NCBI GenBank assembly: GCA_050013255.1
Contig: JBEKFP010000003.1
Location: forward strand, 160,001 to 224,000
Origin: Candidatus Bathyarchaeia archaeon
GTDB lineage: Archaea; Thermoproteota; Bathyarchaeia; 40CM-2-53-6
DNA length: 64,000 nt
Reading direction: 5' to 3'
Below the pieces are notes generated by a model. It made no database searches and had not been told where the DNA came from. It worked only from the letters and a program-made list of their open reading frames with translations. Both the position numbers and the translations under genes were made by a program. Shown here in pieces: positions 1 to 9,896 of this stretch; the stretch's first letter is position 1, and each line of letters starts with the position of its first letter.

Positions 1-1412
1 CAGATGTCTTAATGGAAGTCGCTTTCGGCCCTGAGAATCTAGGCATACCAAGAGAGGAAATCATGCGAAGAGCCAAGTGGGCTCTGGAAGCAGTTGGCCT
101 AGAAGGACTCGAGTCACGTTCGCCAGCTGAACTATCAGGCGGGCAGAAACAGAGACTCGTGCTCGCGGCCGGCCTAAGTATGGAGCCGGAGTTACTAATT
201 CTCGACGAACCGACCTCCCAACTTGATCCGATTGGAACGGCTGAAGTTCTCAACTCTCTAATTGACCTCAAAACGAGGTACAACATGACCACTATCTTCA
301 CAACTCATGCGTCGGAAGAGGTTCTGAGGGTTGCGGATAGAGTCATTGTCCTGAGCAAAGGGGAAATTGTGGCGGAAGGAACTCCCAGAGAAGTATACAG
401 CAAGGTGAAATTGCTTGACTCAGTCGGCGTTCAGGTTCCGCAGATAGCAATGCTCGGGTATAAGCTAGCGCCGGAAATGCCAGTTCCCATGTCCATCGAA
501 GAGGGAAAGAAACTCATAATCGACATTCTACATGAAAAACACCGTGCTCCAAAGTTCCCTCCACAAGTAGCCACAAAGATGTCGAGCGGTGAAGTATTAC
601 TCGAGTGCGTTGACCTATCGTTTACATATCCTGGTGTGCAACCTGTAACTGCTCTGCGAAATGTTAACCTCAAAGTCCATCGTGGAGAAATGATAGGAGT
701 AATCGGACAAAACGGGTCCGGAAAGACGACGCTCGTGAAACAGTTTCTTAAGTTGCTGAAGCCGGCCAAAGGGAAGGTTTTGTTCAAAGGTAAGGATGTT
801 CAAGCTTTCACGACGGGAGAACTCTCCACCTCGATAGGTCTGGCGTTGCAGAACCCTGATGAGCAACTGTTCACCATCTCGTGCAAGAATGAAGTTGAAT
901 TTGGGCTTCGCAACCTCAAGCTCGCGGAAGACGAAATAAAGCGGAGGGTTGATGAAGCGCTAGGGTTCGTTGGCCTTCAAGATCAATGGGACACATTCCC
1001 GTTCAGGTTGAGTTTTGGGGACCGAAGGAGCTTAACCGTGGCCGCGGTAGTTGCGATGCGGCCTGAAATAATCGTGATGGATGAACCTACTACCGCTCAA
1101 GATTACCTGGGTAGACACCGAATCGCAAGGCTTGGAAAGAAACTGAACGAGGCCGGGCATACGGTCATAATGATAACGCACGACATGAGCTTAGTGACTC
1201 AATACGCTGACAGGACCATTGTGATGGCTAACGGTGAAGTGCTCTTAGACGGGCCCACCGCCAAGGTCTTCTCCGAGTTTGATACACTCAAGAAAGCTTT
1301 CATTAAGCCTCCTCCAATCGCGATTGTCGATAGGGAACTTGAATCCGAAGGCCTTCCGCAGGGTATCCTAACAGTGGACGCAATGGTGGATGCATTGACG
1401 GGGGCCTCTTAA
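1..1412 (+). CDS. ecfA: ECF transporter ATPase with two fused ABC domains (5'-truncated by window edge)
   Basis: LSGGQKQR/LILDEPT in first domain; GQNGSGKT, LSFGD, VMDEPT in second; frame open to window start; followed by EcfT. Confidence 0.92.
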   Translation, partial: DVLMEVAFGPENLGIPREEIMRRAKWALEAVGLEGLESRSPAELSGGQKQRLVLAAGLSMEPELLILDEPTSQLDPIGTAEVLNSLIDLKTRYNMTTIFTTHASEEVLRVADRVIVLSKGEIVAEGTPREVYSKVKLLDSVGVQVPQIAMLGYKLAPEMPVPMSIEEGKKLIIDILHEKHRAPKFPPQVATKMSSGEVLLECVDLSFTYPGVQPVTALRNVNLKVHRGEMIGVIGQNGSGKTTLVKQFLKLLKPAKGKVLFKGKDVQAFTTGELSTSIGLALQNPDEQLFTISCKNEVEFGLRNLKLAEDEIKRRVDEALGFVGLQDQWDTFPFRLSFGDRRSLTVAAVVAMRPEIIVMDEPTTAQDYLGRHRIARLGKKLNEAGHTVIMITHDMSLVTQYADRTIVMANGEVLLDGPTAKVFSEFDTLKKAFIKPPPIAIVDRELESEGLPQGILTVDAMVDALTGAS

Positions 1413-2234
1413 TTGGCGAGCATAGAGTACGTTCGGAAGAATACCCCGATTCACAATTTGCAAGCGATTACCAAAATGTTCTTGGTGCTAGCAAGCTTCG
1501 CCGTTAGTTTCTTCGCCTTGGACTTTGCCCTGATTGGCGTTTGGCTCATTTTTCTACTGGGATGGTGGGTTCTGGGTGGAATCGAGATAAAGCGTGTTGC
1601 AGTAATCCTGAAAATCCTTCTCGGAACCTACATTTTCTTCGTCATCCTGCAAGGGTTCACGTATAGGTTTGGGAGTACCGTCCTCTTCCAGCTCGGAGTA
1701 CTAATGGTTGGAAACCGAAACTACGCCGCCTACACACTGGAAGGTTTCCTCTTCGGAACACTCGTCTTCATGAGAGTCCTCGCAGTCGTGTTCACACTTC
1801 CGATTCTAACCATGACAACCCCAATGACCAAGATAGCGGCGACGTTGGGAAAGATGAAGGTTCCATACCAGTTCACAATGATCTTCGTAACCGGAGTCCG
1901 ATTCGTCCCACTGGTCTTCCAGACGTGGACTGGGATTATTCAGGCGCAGAAACTGAGAGGGCGGGACATAGACAAGATGCCCTTCTATCGGAAAGCCGGA
2001 GTCTACACGAGCGTGATAACGCCATTGCTACTCTACCTCCTCAAACTCTCGCAGACCCTCCAAACTGCACTTGAATGCAGAGCTTTCGGCTCCCCTGCTG
2101 TACGTTCCTACGTTGAGGAAGCTAAGCTGAGGGTGGGTGATTATGTAGCAATCATCTCGATATTGATTATCACCGGCGCATTAGTTGCAATGAAGGCAAC
2201 AGGTTACTCATTCACGCCTCATTTGTTCCTCTGA
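1413..2234 (+). CDS. ecfT: ECF transporter transmembrane component T
   Basis: Hydrophobic; AQKLRG and ALECRAF motifs; abuts ecfA. Confidence 0.9.
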   Translation: MASIEYVRKNTPIHNLQAITKMFLVLASFAVSFFALDFALIGVWLIFLLGWWVLGGIEIKRVAVILKILLGTYIFFVILQGFTYRFGSTVLFQLGVLMVGNRNYAAYTLEGFLFGTLVFMRVLAVVFTLPILTMTTPMTKIAATLGKMKVPYQFTMIFVTGVRFVPLVFQTWTGIIQAQKLRGRDIDKMPFYRKAGVYTSVITPLLLYLLKLSQTLQTALECRAFGSPAVRSYVEEAKLRVGDYVAIISILIITGALVAMKATGYSFTPHLFL

Positions 2235-2334
2235 TCAACATGATGTCACGCACGCCACCTGATTATCACGGAGAGAATTTGGAGAAAGGCCTTTCTTAGC
2301 GCTGAATCCACGCATGCGCCGATTGTGAGTCCTC

Positions 2335-3675
2335 TTGGTTTCGAGTGCGGTTACTGAAGAGAAGAGTCGCCTAGCCAAATCGCCTTCTTATGAGGACCTC
2401 GTTAAGCGTCGCAATAAGATGCTGGCTCCAATCTTCTCGCAAGATTGGCCAAACCTCCCCGTCGTCAAGGCTCAGGGACTGTACCTTTACGGGTTGGATG
2501 GTAAACGGTACATGGATTTCATGGCAGCCTTTGGAGTGGTAAATGTCGGGCACAACCACCCAAGGGTGGTTACGGCTGCACGAGAGCAGATGGAAAGGCA
2601 AATCCACGGGGCGGTCGGAGTCACACTTCATGAATCCGTTCTTCGGCTTGCCTACATGTTGCCTGAGATTCTTCCCGGCAATTTGGACATGTTCTTCTTT
2701 GGAAATAGCGGTTCAGAGGCTGTTGAGGGAGCAATCAAGCTTGCACGCAATGTTACCAGAAGACCCGGAATCATCGCTTTCATGGGAGCGTTCCACGGCC
2801 GCACATATGGCGCTGCATCTTTGACTGCTTCAAAAGCAATCTACAGGACAGGACTCGACCCCTTCCTTCCCAGCATCTACCACGTCCCTTACGCTGACCC
2901 TTACCACTCTTCACATCCGGACAACCCAACACTGTGCGTCGAAGAGTCGTTAGCTGAGCTCCAGATACTCCTCAAACGGATCATCGCTCCATCACAAGTT
3001 GCAGCGGTAATCGTTGAACCGATTCAAGGCGAGGGCGGCTATATTGTTCCGCCCAAAGAATTTCTGAAACGCCTCCGTGAGATATGCACGAGCAATGGGC
3101 TGCTCCTGATATTCGACGAAGTTCAGTCGGGTTTCGGTAGAACTGGCGAATGGTTCGCTGCCCAAGCATTCGATATCACGCCGGATGTTATGGCGATTGC
3201 GAAAGGCATAGCCTCAGGCTTTCCATTGGGGGCAGTATGTGCCCGAAGTGAGCTCATGAGCCGGTGGGAGCCCACAGTTCATGGCACGACTTTTGGTGGC
3301 AACCCCGTATCATGTGCCGCGGCCGTCGCCACAATAGACACAATCAGAGATGAAGGGCTCCTACAAAATGCGAAGAAAAGCGGCGAGTATCTACTTAGCC
3401 GATTGAAGGAGCTGAAGGCGAAGCACAAGATGATTGGAGATGCACGTGGGCTTGGATTAATGACAGCTATCGAATTCATTGTCCCAGGTACAGATAGGGA
3501 ACCGAACAGTGCCGCGGCGAAGAAGTTCCTCAACGAATGCCTCTCAAAAGGGTTGCTGATGTACCCTTGCGGACTTTACGGCCACGTAGTCCGCCTAGCA
3601 CCACCCCTCAATGTCACTCGCCAACAGATCGATGAAGCCATGAGCATTGCAGATCAAAGCCTGAGCGTCGTTTAA
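2335..3675 (+). CDS. Class III PLP aminotransferase (4-aminobutyrate aminotransferase-like)
   Basis: SGSEAVE, FHGRT, EPIQGEGG, DEVQSGFGRTG, AKG lysine. Confidence 0.9.
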   Translation: MVSSAVTEEKSRLAKSPSYEDLVKRRNKMLAPIFSQDWPNLPVVKAQGLYLYGLDGKRYMDFMAAFGVVNVGHNHPRVVTAAREQMERQIHGAVGVTLHESVLRLAYMLPEILPGNLDMFFFGNSGSEAVEGAIKLARNVTRRPGIIAFMGAFHGRTYGAASLTASKAIYRTGLDPFLPSIYHVPYADPYHSSHPDNPTLCVEESLAELQILLKRIIAPSQVAAVIVEPIQGEGGYIVPPKEFLKRLREICTSNGLLLIFDEVQSGFGRTGEWFAAQAFDITPDVMAIAKGIASGFPLGAVCARSELMSRWEPTVHGTTFGGNPVSCAAAVATIDTIRDEGLLQNAKKSGEYLLSRLKELKAKHKMIGDARGLGLMTAIEFIVPGTDREPNSAAAKKFLNECLSKGLLMYPCGLYGHVVRLAPPLNVTRQQIDEAMSIADQSLSVV

Positions 3676-3770
3676 CAGAACAATCCCGGAATCATGTTTT
3701 GCGGGTACCCGCTGCATAGGCCAAAACAAGTATAGCATACGAACATTCGAGACTTGCATTAAGTGGGAAA

Positions 3771-4691
3771 ATGGACGTTAGCGTTCACCAAGTTGTATGC
3801 GATAACTTGACCAAGGTGTACGGCAAGAGTGAAACGAAGGCCCTCGACTCCGTAACCTTCTCTCTGCCTTCTCGTGGCATCTTCGTGCTGATTGGGAGGA
3901 ACGGTTCTGGAAAGACCACGCTCGTGCGAATCTTGGCCACGCAGCTCGAACCAACGTCCGGAAAAGCGACGATAAACGGGATCGATGTCGTAAAGGAGGC
4001 TCGAATGCTGAGAGAAAAAATTGCGATCGTTCCTCAAGAAGCTAGACCAATACCTTGGATGACACCCATACAGACGGTGTTCTCGTACCTTCTCTGGAGG
4101 GGGTTCGATTACGGTGAAGCTAAGCGGCGGGCGTACCAGGCACTTGAAAGGCTAGGGCTAGCTCAATCATCCAATGTCTTGAATCGCTCGCTTTCTGGCG
4201 GAATGAAAAGAAAAGTCATGGTGGCTACGGTCCTCTCGTCGGAGGCAGAAGTGATTTTCTTAGACGAACCAACGACGGGACTCGACCCGATTTCACGGAG
4301 AGAGTTTTGGGGAACGCTACGAGAAATCGGAAACCAACGCCTCACGTTTCTTACAACACACTATCTCGAAGAAGCAGAACAGCTCGCCGACCAGATCGGG
4401 ATACTTGACCGAGGTCGTCTAATCCGCATAGGCACCTTGGAAGAATTGCGCCAAAGCGTTAACTACAATTACAGCATGAGGCTCCTCGAAAATCCCGCGC
4501 CCCATCTACCAGCCGTGGAAAAGGGAGAAGTAGTCACCGGATCGGACGGCAGTATCAGAATCCTCACAGTTGAAGATGAGGCCTTTAGGATCTCAAGCGA
4601 GCTTGCGAAACACGGCTTCAAGTTCACGATCAATCCTGTTTCACTTGATGACATATTCTTTTACCTTGCGAGCCAGAAGGGGGACAACTGA
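3771..4691 (+). CDS. ABC-2 type exporter ATP-binding protein
   Basis: GRNGSGKT, LSGGMKRK, FLDEPTTGLDP, TTHYLEEA. Confidence 0.92.
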   Translation: MDVSVHQVVCDNLTKVYGKSETKALDSVTFSLPSRGIFVLIGRNGSGKTTLVRILATQLEPTSGKATINGIDVVKEARMLREKIAIVPQEARPIPWMTPIQTVFSYLLWRGFDYGEAKRRAYQALERLGLAQSSNVLNRSLSGGMKRKVMVATVLSSEAEVIFLDEPTTGLDPISRREFWGTLREIGNQRLTFLTTHYLEEAEQLADQIGILDRGRLIRIGTLEELRQSVNYNYSMRLLENPAPHLPAVEKGEVVTGSDGSIRILTVEDEAFRISSELAKHGFKFTINPVSLDDIFFYLASQKGDN

Positions 4692-4692
4692 A

Positions 4693-5457
4693 ATGTCCGA
4701 TAGTATTGCTGTGAGGAAGAGGAATAAGTTCAGCCAGTTTCTCGCGGCCATACTCGTCAATTCCGTTTACGAAATGAAGAACTATCCGATCGTTCTGATC
4801 AACACTGTTCTTTCTCCTCTCTCGTTTCTCCTTCTGATTGTTTTCGTGAGTCACGGTAGCCTGATAGGGGAAGCCGTTGAGGGCGGGTTCATCATGAGCA
4901 TGTTCTCAGCGGGCGTTTCGCTCCAAGGGGACCTCTCACATCTGAAAAATGATTTCAAGCTGCAAGATATGGTGGTCAGTTCCCCAACCTCATGGCAGAC
5001 TTACATGTTTGGGATGGCGATTTCAGAAATTGTTTACTCTGTCCCAGCTCTGCTCGTGCTCTGCGTACTTGCATATTACTTTACGAATTTGAGCCCAATA
5101 GGGACCCTGGCGTTTATCGGCGTACTTCTCTTGATGTTTCTCACTTCGGTTGCGATTGGTTTCACCCTTTCAACCTTCTCGTCCGACATCGTTCAAAGCT
5201 TTGCCTTCTCAAGACTCATCTCAACTCTTTTCTCAACGATACCGCCGGTTTACTATCCGATAACTTACATTCCGGTTCCATACAGGTACCTCGCATATCT
5301 CTCACCAACTACCTACGCAGCAGAACTGGCCCAGAGTTTTGCTGGATATCTAACCCTGTCACCATCAACTGCCGCCCTTAACTGGGGGATTCTGGTGGCT
5401 GTGGCTTCAACTCTATTCCTCGTAGCGAAGAGCAAAGCGAGATGGAGAGAAATCTAA
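4693..5457 (+). CDS. ABC-2 type exporter permease
   Basis: About 6 TM segments, PVYYP...LSPTTY motif; ATG at 4693 directly after ATPase stop preferred over 4570. Confidence 0.85.
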   Translation: MSDSIAVRKRNKFSQFLAAILVNSVYEMKNYPIVLINTVLSPLSFLLLIVFVSHGSLIGEAVEGGFIMSMFSAGVSLQGDLSHLKNDFKLQDMVVSSPTSWQTYMFGMAISEIVYSVPALLVLCVLAYYFTNLSPIGTLAFIGVLLLMFLTSVAIGFTLSTFSSDIVQSFAFSRLISTLFSTIPPVYYPITYIPVPYRYLAYLSPTTYAAELAQSFAGYLTLSPSTAALNWGILVAVASTLFLVAKSKARWREI

Positions 5458-5615
5458 TGATTTACAGTGTGGTTCTCAATGTCGAGCCCTTGAAGGAGCC
5501 GACGAGCCGACGCGTCACGATGGGAACAGAATATCATCGGAGATACTCTGCGAGGTCCTTGTGATTCAATGCCTATGTATTTGTGGGCTTTGGGGTTGGT
5601 GGGATCTCATGATGA

Positions 5616-6827
5616 TTAGGCTGCCCATATGTCGCCGTTGGAATCGACGGTCACCTTGACTGAGGGTAATGGGAACTGAGCCGGGCCTTGGAGAACCGTC
5701 GCGCCGTGGGATGGGTCGAATGCTGCACCGTGGCAAGGGCATCTGATTATGGAGGATGAGTTATCGTATCCTACAGTGCAGGGTCGATGCGTGCAGGTTG
5801 AAGAATACGCAACTACGCTTCCGTTCTGAAGCCTGACTAACATGTCCTGATTTCCCTGCTGGTCTGTAAAATAGATGGAAGAGTTCATTGGAATGTTGGC
5901 GATATTGCCTATCTTGACCCCCGTAGGAATGGGATTCTGTGGGTTAGTGGCCGTCTGCGGTTGAACTACGGGATGTTGGATTTGGGCCTGTGCCTGCGGG
6001 GGGACTTGAATTGAAGGGAGCATTTCTGCTGCCCATGTGGCCATCCCACCGAATGTCACTGCAACGGCCGTCCCAGCAGCCAACATGCCAATCTTCTGCA
6101 GCGCCCTTCTGCGTGTGAGGTCTGTTCTTCCGCTAGCGCCAACGGCTTGCGGTTTCAGGAAGCGTTTTGTATTCTTGAGGACGGCGTACTCTGCGCCAGC
6201 TCCTATTAGCGCAACTGTCCCGAAGAGTAGCCACATGGAAACCGTGGGGCCCAGTGGAGCGATGGTTGAGGCTGCTGTGATTGCATGGACTTCAGCCAGA
6301 GTGAGCGCCCCCACCATCAGCCATAGGTGAAGCTTTTTGATCGAGCCGAAAGCCTTCACCTTGCGCTTTGACTCGAGGAAGATGCCGGAAAAACCGAGGA
6401 TTAAGAGAACCAAAAAGCCTGCAGCTCCGAGCAACGTGCCTGCGAATAAGGAGGTGATGCTTGGGAGGAGAAATATGCCGTGAATTGCAGCAAAGACGGT
6501 TACGAGGATAGAGAGTGCGACGTGCATTTCCCGCCAACCGTAAACGCGAGCATCCGTGTAAAGCTCCGAAACCACTCGACTCCCTTCGTGCCCTAGCGCG
6601 TTCGCTCGTAATTGGGACATGTACCGCTTATCCGCCCAAGCCTTCCAGAAGCCTTGAATTACGAGGACTGCGGATGCGGCGAGAGCGCCCCACCCCAGCA
6701 GTTGAGCGTAACTGTAGCTTGTTCCGAGGATTGCCGATTGTTGTGTGGAGAGATTGATTCCGATGCCTGTGGCCGCTGCGAGAATCGTGATAAGTAACCA
6801 TATCTTTGAACGCACTGCAAACACCAC
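5616..6827 (-). CDS. Polytopic membrane protein: His-bearing cytochrome b/ferric-reductase-like TM domain fused to C-terminal Rieske [2Fe-2S] domain
   Basis: TM His pairs (EMH..AIH, KLH..EVH); internal TRRRAL before last TM; CTHRPC and CPCHG. Confidence 0.8.
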   Translation of the reverse strand: MVFAVRSKIWLLITILAAATGIGINLSTQQSAILGTSYSYAQLLGWGALAASAVLVIQGFWKAWADKRYMSQLRANALGHEGSRVVSELYTDARVYGWREMHVALSILVTVFAAIHGIFLLPSITSLFAGTLLGAAGFLVLLILGFSGIFLESKRKVKAFGSIKKLHLWLMVGALTLAEVHAITAASTIAPLGPTVSMWLLFGTVALIGAGAEYAVLKNTKRFLKPQAVGASGRTDLTRRRALQKIGMLAAGTAVAVTFGGMATWAAEMLPSIQVPPQAQAQIQHPVVQPQTATNPQNPIPTGVKIGNIANIPMNSSIYFTDQQGNQDMLVRLQNGSVVAYSSTCTHRPCTVGYDNSSSIIRCPCHGAAFDPSHGATVLQGPAQFPLPSVKVTVDSNGDIWAA

Positions 6828-6840
6828 GCGCTGTTAAGTG

Positions 6841-7086
6841 CTAATCGTCGCCGCTCGAACAGCCGTCGTCATTGTTGCAGGTCTGATTCCGCTGGGGCTG
6901 TGGAGTCGAGTTTGACGTGCCCGGATGTGGCGAGTTAATTTGGGAAATACCGGAGATCGGTTGGTTTTGTTGATTAGTTTGACCAAGTGCGGGCGCATGT
7001 GTTCTGATTATTGCAGCTCCGCCAACTGCGGTGATCGCCAATATGGCGATTAACAGTGCGACTACAATTGGCGTTGTTGTTCTCAC
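6841..7086 (-). CDS. Small secreted or membrane-anchored low-complexity protein
   Basis: N-terminal hydrophobic helix, Q/N/P/S-rich body, C-terminal CNNDDGC; co-oriented with cluster. Confidence 0.6.
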   Translation of the reverse strand: MRTTTPIVVALLIAILAITAVGGAAIIRTHAPALGQTNQQNQPISGISQINSPHPGTSNSTPQPQRNQTCNNDDGCSSGDD

Positions 7087-7105
7087 GCGTTCGTCAACTC
7101 ATGTT

Positions 7106-7122
7106 AACTACACAGTGTAGTT
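7106..7122. promoter_or_regulatory. Perfect 8-1-8 palindrome, candidate operator
   Basis: AACTACAC-A-GTGTAGTT 20-36 nt upstream of the 7086 start. Confidence 0.4.
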
Positions 7123-7136
7123 GAGAAGCATAGGAT

Positions 7137-7385
7137 TTAGGCTTTATGTCGAGGCTGCACGGAATATGCATCGTTAAGTATGGACAGCCTCCTATGTGCA
7201 CTTTCCTCTCCCTCATAGTTTGGTACGCTCTTCGCATGTCTTGCGTAGTAATGCCGCTTCAATCGAAGTTTTGTGTTAAATTTCCGTTCGCATAGGAGAC
7301 ATTTGTAGATTCCGATGATGGAGCGGAAGCCAACGGATTTCCCGTCCTGATAATCTTGAGATGTTTGCCTCAACGATTGCACCAT
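7137..7385 (-). CDS. Small C2H2 zinc-finger protein
   Basis: YKCLLCERKFNTKLRLKRHYYARH. Confidence 0.7.
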   Translation of the reverse strand: MVQSLRQTSQDYQDGKSVGFRSIIGIYKCLLCERKFNTKLRLKRHYYARHAKSVPNYEGEESAHRRLSILNDAYSVQPRHKA

Positions 7386-7465
7386 GTGATTTGCGTTATC
7401 CAGTAGAGCGCCTTATAATCCGGATTCATCTTAGGTGCACACCAAAAGTAGTATCTGAGTCGGAC

Positions 7466-7663
7466 CTATTCTGCGAAGTCTGGAATTGCTTTTCCATGTT
7501 TTTCGCCGTAATGCCGGTTCAGTAACAGCTTCAAGCCGAATACGGTGTCGCAGTACAAGCACGCATATCGTTTTACAAGTGGTAAGCGGGGCGCTTCAGG
7601 GATTGTTCTATTGAGGAATGTTCCTTGAATCTCAAACATAGGGTCATCCTTTTTCCTCAGCAT
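7466..7663 (-). CDS. Small C2H2 zinc-finger protein, paralog of 7137..7385
   Basis: YACLYCDTVFGLKLLLNRHYGEKH. Confidence 0.7.
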   Translation of the reverse strand: MLRKKDDPMFEIQGTFLNRTIPEAPRLPLVKRYACLYCDTVFGLKLLLNRHYGEKHGKAIPDFAE

Positions 7664-7667
7664 CTTT

Positions 7668-8297
7668 TCACCCGCTCAAGTAGATGTTTCCCGTCGATGC
7701 GTCGTATTGTATTGGGATCTTCTGCAGAGGATAAGGTGCGGGTCCGGCTACAACTTGCGCGTTATTGTATGGGTCATAGATTGCGCCGTGGCATGGGCAG
7801 GCGATATCTCTACCTGCCGGGTCGAACTGGACTTGACAACCCGCGTGCGTGCAGATCGAACTGTAAGCGACGACCTGCCCGTTATCCAGATGAATCAAAA
7901 TTATCGGGCCGAACGTTGGGTCATTCAGCGCCAAAGACTGGTTTACTGGAATGTTCGCCGCATTTGCCAGAAGCCTGCCATTCTGAGTGCCTGGTTGAGA
8001 CACGTAGGTCGGTGTTTGCCCTTGAGAGCTGGGGAGGGTTGCGATCTTTAGCAACACTAAAGCTGAGACAGAGACCGCCGCAAATCCAAGCGTGCTGTGA
8101 AGGAAATTCCTACGTTCCCTTTGGAATCGTGTTCTTTGTTCCGTTCGAACATCAGCGTCAGGTCGAAAAGAAGCACGGGAGAGCAGTACAGGAAGCTTAG
8201 GTTGGCCTAAGAAGACTGAAGTTACGATTTCCTTTGGAATCTTTAGCCCATACTTTTCGATTAATGCCTCCGCAGGTTGATTTCCTTCCTCTGTCAT
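7668..8297 (-). CDS. Rieske [2Fe-2S] protein with twin-arginine anchor
   Basis: RRNFL plus TM; CTHAGC and CPCHG; overlaps doxD-like stop (ATGA). Confidence 0.88.
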   Translation of the reverse strand: MTEEGNQPAEALIEKYGLKIPKEIVTSVFLGQPKLPVLLSRASFRPDADVRTEQRTRFQRERRNFLHSTLGFAAVSVSALVLLKIATLPSSQGQTPTYVSQPGTQNGRLLANAANIPVNQSLALNDPTFGPIILIHLDNGQVVAYSSICTHAGCQVQFDPAGRDIACPCHGAIYDPYNNAQVVAGPAPYPLQKIPIQYDASTGNIYLSG

Positions 8298-9055
8298 GAT
8301 CCTTCGCCTCCACTACGGTTTACGAGGTTTTCAAGCCCGTGCAACAGCCTAGGCGTATCGGTACGGTCAACGCCTAGACTAATCACAAATGCTCGCACAA
8401 ACTCGATTATGGTCTGTGTTTCACGATGTGATACGAACTGCTGCTTTATTCTGTCAAAAGCTCTGTTTACCTCGAGCACCTGTTTGGGGTAGAGGGTAGC
8501 TTTTCTGGCGAGGGGAACCTGAACTTGATTAGGTTGCGTGTTAGTCGGCGCTGCTATTGCAATTACTTGGTTGGGTCTTGCTATTAACCAACCTAGAGAT
8601 TGAAATCGCCTAGCTAATACATTGTCTATGCTTTGCCCTGCCTGTGGCCCCGTTAAGAGTAAAGTCAACCAGCACGCGGCGAATACAATGTCAGAGCCGA
8701 AATAGAATGGGAACGCATTCCACGTCGCAGACAGAAAAAATGTGAAGTTGAGCAACAACCCAGCGAACGCAGCAATTCTGAAGAGAAAGCCAACCAAAGT
8801 GGCAATCCCTATCAGGGTCTCGCCAACTCCAACCACATATCCAAAAGTGATAGCATTCGGTACCACTACGCCAAGTAGGAAATCATGAATTGGGGAACCA
8901 ATTGCATATTGCGAAATCAAATGACCGATGTAACCTGACTTGGACGGGTCGAAGTAAGATGGATCCGTCAAATGTTGCAGTCCTGCGTACAGGAACGTTG
9001 CCCCCATGAAGATTCGTAATGGCCAAAGCGAGCTTGTAACGGAGTTCAGTCGCAT
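8294..9055 (-). CDS. DoxX/DoxD (TQO small subunit-like) membrane protein
   Basis: PLRIFMGATFLYAG, GETLIG, YFGSD; ATG at 9055 preferred over TTG at 9139. Confidence 0.8.
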   Translation of the reverse strand: MRLNSVTSSLWPLRIFMGATFLYAGLQHLTDPSYFDPSKSGYIGHLISQYAIGSPIHDFLLGVVVPNAITFGYVVGVGETLIGIATLVGFLFRIAAFAGLLLNFTFFLSATWNAFPFYFGSDIVFAACWLTLLLTGPQAGQSIDNVLARRFQSLGWLIARPNQVIAIAAPTNTQPNQVQVPLARKATLYPKQVLEVNRAFDRIKQQFVSHRETQTIIEFVRAFVISLGVDRTDTPRLLHGLENLVNRSGGEGS

Positions 9056-9216
9056 GTTGGACGCTGTTGCTTCCAATGAAAGTTCACAGGTGGGCAAGCT
9101 ACTCAAAATCGGATTTAGGAAGAGTGGTACAAACCTCAAAACGTAGCTCGTTGAATCATCTTAAAGGCCCACCCGGTTTTGTTGAGGAAAAGGATTTGTT
9201 GCAGGTTAAACCTTTC

Positions 9217-9228
9217 ACGCTTGTACCA
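9217..9228 (+). promoter_or_regulatory. ACGCTTGTACCA promoter motif (copies at 10370-10381 and, inverted, 9125-9136)
   Basis: Identical 12-mer starts 41 nt before both the 9258 and the 10411 start codons. Confidence 0.55.
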
Positions 9229-9257
9229 TAAGCTTCATAATCCATAAGAAATGCCAA

Positions 9258-9887
9258 GTGAGCACAGATGGTCGCAACTCAGGATACTCAGAGTGTCAGC
9301 AGGATGAGCGAACACGCGTAAGTGACGGACTTGTGGACACCAACACTGAGGATTATCACGAACCTAGACGCGATCAGATCCTTGCATTCATTAAGACACA
9401 TCCTGGGTCGCACCTACGCCAAATACAAAGGGAATTGGGCCTGGCTATGGGCGTGATGCAATATCACCTATATGCTCTCGAGAAGGAGAATAGGATAGCT
9501 TCCCGCAGAAGAGGATTGTACAAGAGATTTTACCCCGTCCTCCAGTTTGCTGGCGGACAGCTGGATATCCTAGACGTATTGTCGCAGGAAACGGAAAGAG
9601 ACATTCTCCTCTTCCTGATTCAGAAACCGGAAGCAACCCAGAAGGAACTCTCTGAATACATGGACATCTCACCTGCTTCGGTTAACTGGCATATTCGGAG
9701 GTTGTCCGATTCTGGACTTGTGGATTCTAGGCGCGAGGGAACTAATGTAAGATACTCAGTTCGAGGAGGTCATGGTGAGATACTTGCTCTTCTTAGGAGT
9801 TATCATCCAATGGTTTGGGAGAGATGGGCCGACAGGTTGGCTGATGCTATCTTGGAGATATCAGATTCCGAAGGAGAGGTACGTTGA
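9258..9887 (+). CDS. Double winged-HTH transcriptional regulator (archaeal ArsR-like)
   Basis: Two HTH units (PGSHLRQIQRELGL..YHL; ATQKELSE..S.ASVNWHI); divergent from the redox cluster. Confidence 0.85.
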   Translation: MSTDGRNSGYSECQQDERTRVSDGLVDTNTEDYHEPRRDQILAFIKTHPGSHLRQIQRELGLAMGVMQYHLYALEKENRIASRRRGLYKRFYPVLQFAGGQLDILDVLSQETERDILLFLIQKPEATQKELSEYMDISPASVNWHIRRLSDSGLVDSRREGTNVRYSVRGGHGEILALLRSYHPMVWERWADRLADAILEISDSEGEVR

Positions 9888-9896
9888 GGGGTTAGA

